18,587 nucleotides of DNA from a bacterium (lineage in GTDB: Bacteria > Sysuimicrobiota > Sysuimicrobiia > Sysuimicrobiales > Humicultoraceae): assembly GCA_041497675.1 (NCBI GenBank), contig JBGQGY010000076.1, positions 1 through 18,587 on the forward strand, written 5' to 3'. The notes beneath the pieces are model-generated. The model was not told where the DNA came from. It did not search any database and saw nothing but the letters and a program-made list of their open reading frames with translations. How positions within the stretch are numbered: the stretch's first letter is position 1; every line of letters begins with the position of its first letter. Shown here one piece after another: positions 15,279 to 18,587 of the stretch. Both the position numbers and the translations under genes were made by a program.

Positions 15279-15310
15279 GAAGGGAGGGGTCGAGATTGCC
15301 CCCTCCCTTC
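15279..15310 (-). terminator. Stem-loop downstream of the binding-protein gene (partial terminator or mRNA stabiliser)
   Basis: GAAGGGAGGGG-10 nt-CCCCTCCCTTC is a perfect 11-bp stem in the livK-livH gap, followed on the minus strand by TCCGTTGT. Confidence 0.65.
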
Positions 15311-15336
15311 GTCAGTTCAGACTTCGGTTCCGGCTG

Positions 15337-16542
15337 CTACTTGCCCGCCGGCGGTACGATGTTCAGTGTCTTGATGAGCTTGTTATCGTTCCACTTCGCG
15401 GAATCCCCGCTCACGATCCGGATGACGAAGTACGCTGCTGGGATCGCGTCGCCCTTGTAGTCGAAGGTGAACGTGCCGGTCAAGCCCGGGAAGTTCCTGG
15501 TCCTGTGGACCTGCTCGGTGACTTGATCCCGGGTGGGCTTCTTGTTGCCGGCGGCCTTGCTGGCGGTCTCGATGGCCTTCAGGCCGATGGCCGCGGCGTC
15601 GTACGCCTGGGCCGCAAACGGCTCGGGGTCCTTCCCGAACTTCGCCTTGTAGTCCTTGGCAAACTTTGCGGCCTTCGGGTAGACCGACACGGGACCGGCG
15701 ACGGTCGTGTAATGCATGCCGATAATCGTGTCACCGGCGATCTTCGCCAGTTCGCTGGAGTCCATCCCATCGGGGCCGAGGAACTTCCCCTTCACGCCCT
15801 TGGCGCGGGCCTGCTTGAAGAAGACGCCGGCCTGGTCGTAGATGCCGCCAAAGTAGATCAGGTCGGGTTTGCGCGCCACGATCGGGGTGATGAGCTGGTC
15901 GAAGTTGGCCTTCTCTTCGGTGCCCTCAAAGCCGAGTATCGCGACGCCGACCTTGGGCCCGTGGTTCCTGAAGAACTCGGCGACCCCCTGCCCGTACGCG
16001 GTCTTGTCGTGCATGATGTAGGCGGTCTTGGCCTTCAGTTCCTTGCCGGCGAACTCGGCGCCCACGACGCCCTGGACGTCATCGCGGCCGACAACCCGGA
16101 AGACATTCTTCAGATTGCGGTCGGTGATCAACGGATTGGTGTTCGCGGGCGAGATCATCGCCAGATTGCTGTCCTTGTAGACTTCGGACGACGGGATCGC
16201 CACACCGGAGTTCAGGTGCCCGACGACCAGGAGGATGTCCGGATCGGTCACCAAGTTCTTGGCGTTGGCGACGCCGACATCGGGTTTGGCCTGGTCGTCA
16301 AACGGGACGACTTCGACATCGAACCCCATCTTCTTGAGGGGGCCAGCGAGCTGCTCGGCGGCCAGCTGGGCGCCGTTCTTGATCCCCTCACCCAGCGCGG
16401 CCTGGCCACCCGAGAGCGGGCTCTGCGTCGCAATCTTGATCTTGACCATTGCAGCCGCCTTCACCGGCGCCTGCATGGGCATCAGGAGCGACACGATAGC
16501 CAGGACGGCGATCAGAAACATTGGCATGGTCAATCGCTTCAT
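15337..16542 (-). CDS. livK: Branched-chain amino acid ABC transporter substrate-binding protein (LivK/LivJ/BraC family)
   Basis: Signal peptide MKRLTMPMFLIAVL...KAAA, PLSG, DD.AKP, VVGHLNSG, ISPANTNP, RDDVQG, HDKTAYGQG and YFGG. Start at ATG 16542 after SD GGAGGAG. Confidence 0.92.
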   Translation of the reverse strand: MKRLTMPMFLIAVLAIVSLLMPMQAPVKAAAMVKIKIATQSPLSGGQAALGEGIKNGAQLAAEQLAGPLKKMGFDVEVVPFDDQAKPDVGVANAKNLVTDPDILLVVGHLNSGVAIPSSEVYKDSNLAMISPANTNPLITDRNLKNVFRVVGRDDVQGVVGAEFAGKELKAKTAYIMHDKTAYGQGVAEFFRNHGPKVGVAILGFEGTEEKANFDQLITPIVARKPDLIYFGGIYDQAGVFFKQARAKGVKGKFLGPDGMDSSELAKIAGDTIIGMHYTTVAGPVSVYPKAAKFAKDYKAKFGKDPEPFAAQAYDAAAIGLKAIETASKAAGNKKPTRDQVTEQVHRTRNFPGLTGTFTFDYKGDAIPAAYFVIRIVSGDSAKWNDNKLIKTLNIVPPAGK

Positions 16543-16740
16543 ACGAACGTCTCCTCCATCCATCTGTATAGGGATTTACATGCTATAGCGGTTGTGCGCG
16601 TCGAACAGTTCCGCGCCATCGGGTGTACTCGATGGCGCTCACCTCCTCAAGCATCCCAATCCCGATAGGCACACTAGGCAAAATGTTGCGTTCGCCGACC
16701 ACGACGAACTTCCCTCTTATTTGCCGTAATCCGGCACCTG

Positions 16741-17739
16741 TCAGCCAGCGGCCACATCGAGCCTGACGCGCTGGCCCCGGCCGGTCTCGACGGCGCGGCG
16801 TACCGCCAAAACGCCCACTGCCAGATCCTGGACGGCATTGCCGACCGATTTGAACAGCGTGATCTCGTCCGGCCTCTGGCGGCCACCCTTTCCCGCCGCG
16901 ACCTCGCCGAGTTCGGCCCACGTCTCAGCCCCCGCAATCCGGCCCTCCCTGAGGGGAATCACCAGGTCACCCGCCTCGGCCAGGGCCGCCTCACGGCTGT
17001 CCACGACAATGACGGACCGCGCCACCAGGTCGGAGTCGACCTCACGGGTGTGGTCTTGGAACGACCCGACGGCGTTGATGTGCATCCCATGTGCGGCGAG
17101 GCGGCCGGGGAACACGGGTGTGGCGCTGGTGGTCGCGGTGATGATGATGTCGGCCCCACGCACCGCCAGATCCACCGAGGATGCCGCGAGCACGGTGGCC
17201 CCTCGAATCCAAGGTTGCTCGAGCGCCCACCTGGCGAAGCCCTCCGCATGCCCGGCGGTGCGGGACACCACGCGCGCCTGGGTGACGTGTCTCACGGCGC
17301 AGACGGCTTCGAGCTGGGTTCTGGCCTGCGCCCCGGCACCAAACACGGTCACAATATTGGCATCGCGGCGTGCCAGGAGGTCGGTCGCCAGACCGGTGGC
17401 GGCGCCGGTCCGGAGCGCCGTCAGGCTGGTGCCTTCGATCACTGCCGAAGGGGCCCCGGTGTGCGTGTCGATGAGCGCGACCACGGCCTGCACGACCGGT
17501 CGGCCGGTTCCGCGGTTCCGCGGAAAGACAGACACCAGCTTCGCGCCCAGGGCCGGGAGCCCGGGCAGCGACGCGGGCATGGCGAGAAAGACCGCGCCCT
17601 CCACCGGGAGGGGGACCGCCGTTCGCACCGGTACCGTCGCGCGGCCGGCCGACAGCGCGACAAACGCCTCCCGCACGGCGCCGATCGCGTCAGGCATCGA
17701 CACCAACACCCGCACGTCGTCGGCGGAGAGAACTAGCAC
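16741..17739 (-). CDS. Ornithine cyclodeaminase / mu-crystallin family NAD(P)-dependent enzyme
   Basis: Motifs MPA, KLVSVFPRN, LTALRTGAATG, FGAGAQA, HINAVGS, EAGD and TLFKSVG.AVQD. The substrate cannot be determined from sequence. Confidence 0.92.
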   Translation of the reverse strand: MLVLSADDVRVLVSMPDAIGAVREAFVALSAGRATVPVRTAVPLPVEGAVFLAMPASLPGLPALGAKLVSVFPRNRGTGRPVVQAVVALIDTHTGAPSAVIEGTSLTALRTGAATGLATDLLARRDANIVTVFGAGAQARTQLEAVCAVRHVTQARVVSRTAGHAEGFARWALEQPWIRGATVLAASSVDLAVRGADIIITATTSATPVFPGRLAAHGMHINAVGSFQDHTREVDSDLVARSVIVVDSREAALAEAGDLVIPLREGRIAGAETWAELGEVAAGKGGRQRPDEITLFKSVGNAVQDLAVGVLAVRRAVETGRGQRVRLDVAAG

Positions 17740-17761
17740 GGTCCCGGCAGGAGGGTCTTCG

Positions 17762-18586
17762 TTACGGGTAAATGCCTCGGATATACAGCGCGTTGGCGAC
17801 GCGATCGATCCCGCGGATCAACGCGGCAGTCCGCAGATCAACGTTGCGCTCGGTCGAGACCTGAGCGACCTGACCGAAGCTCCTCACCATGATGCGCTCG
17901 AGGTTCTCGTTCACTTCTTCCTCAGTCCAGAAGAACTGCTGCAACCCCTGCACCCACTCGAAATACGACACAATGACGCCTCCGGCGTTGGCCAGGATGT
18001 CGGGGATCACGGTGATCTTTCGGTCGCGCAGTACGTCGTCACCGGCCGGTGTCACCGGACCGTTGGCGCCTTCGACGATCAGCCGCGTCTTCAGCCGGGC
18101 GGCGTTGTCATCAGTGATCTGTCCTTCCAGCGCGCTGGGAACTAGGATGTCGCACGGCACCTCGAGCAGGTCCTGATTGCTGACCACCTCCGCGCCCGGG
18201 AAGCCGACCACCGAGCCTGTGCGCTCCTTGTGCTCCACGAGCTTGCCGGCGTCAAGACCCTTGGTATTGACCACGCCGCCCCGCGTATCGCTGGCTGCGA
18301 TGATCTTGCACCCGACCTTCGACAGCAACACGGCCGCGACGGATCCCACGTTGCCAAACCCTTGAATCACCACGGTCGCATCCTGCAGATTCATCCCCAG
18401 CATCCGCGCGGCCTCGCGGGCCACGATGGTGACGCCGCGGCCGGTGGCCTCCACGCGCCCCTGCGACCCGCCGATGGCCACAGGCTTGCCGGTCACGACC
18501 GATGGGGTCGAATACCCACGGTGCATGCTGTAGGTGTCCATGATCCAGGCCATGACCTGGGGGTTCGTCCCCACGTCGGGCGCCGG
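17762..18586 (-). CDS. Glu/Leu/Phe/Val dehydrogenase family, most like glutamate dehydrogenase (5' part off the right edge)
   Basis: PAPDVGTN..MAWIMDTYS, VVTGKP..GGS.GR.EATGRG, IQGFGNVG, EGANGP, PDILANAGGV.VSYFEWVQ and C-terminal RGIYP. The frame stays open to the window edge. Confidence 0.95.
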   Translation of the reverse strand, partial: PAPDVGTNPQVMAWIMDTYSMHRGYSTPSVVTGKPVAIGGSQGRVEATGRGVTIVAREAARMLGMNLQDATVVIQGFGNVGSVAAVLLSKVGCKIIAASDTRGGVVNTKGLDAGKLVEHKERTGSVVGFPGAEVVSNQDLLEVPCDILVPSALEGQITDDNAARLKTRLIVEGANGPVTPAGDDVLRDRKITVIPDILANAGGVIVSYFEWVQGLQQFFWTEEEVNENLERIMVRSFGQVAQVSTERNVDLRTAALIRGIDRVANALYIRGIYP

Positions 18587-18587
18587 G

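Noticed and set aside
16722..16736. GCCGGAT-containing hairpin as a REP element
   Set aside because: There is a single short copy and no matching repeats elsewhere in the window.
1..18587. CRISPR arrays, IS elements, prophage or defence genes
   Set aside because: No spaced direct repeats, transposase, integrase or nuclease motifs were seen; nearly all sequence is accounted for by housekeeping genes.

Overview
GC-rich bacterial chromosomal window of mostly housekeeping and amino-acid metabolism genes, with no mobile element, CRISPR array or rRNA. The minus strand, read right to left, carries: a Glu/Leu/Phe/Val dehydrogenase (5'-truncated), an ornithine cyclodeaminase/mu-crystallin family enzyme and a livKHMGF-type ABC transporter. 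It then carries a tightly coupled tdh-kbl-moeA-moaC-mog/moaB-ArnT-like glycosyltransferase run, followed by a sigma70 promoter, tRNA-Ala(GGC), a T-box element, ilvE and leuS (3'-truncated). The plus strand carries a DUF2231-like membrane protein, an OmpR-family response regulator and a HAMP-PAS histidine kinase. The most unusual feature is the ~200-nt leader of ilvE-leuS. It holds a textbook T-box antiterminator (7-nt UGGUACC bulge) with a competing terminator-like hairpin but no Stem I/specifier domain. A complete, slightly atypical tRNA-Ala gene sits in that position, and its 5' leader and 3' trailer can form mutually exclusive helices with each other and with the T-box bulge. This suggests a possibly undescribed tRNA-embedded attenuator. 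A probable CTG start codon for moeA is also notable. All assignments come from motif recognition and pairing by hand; no searches or folding programs were run.
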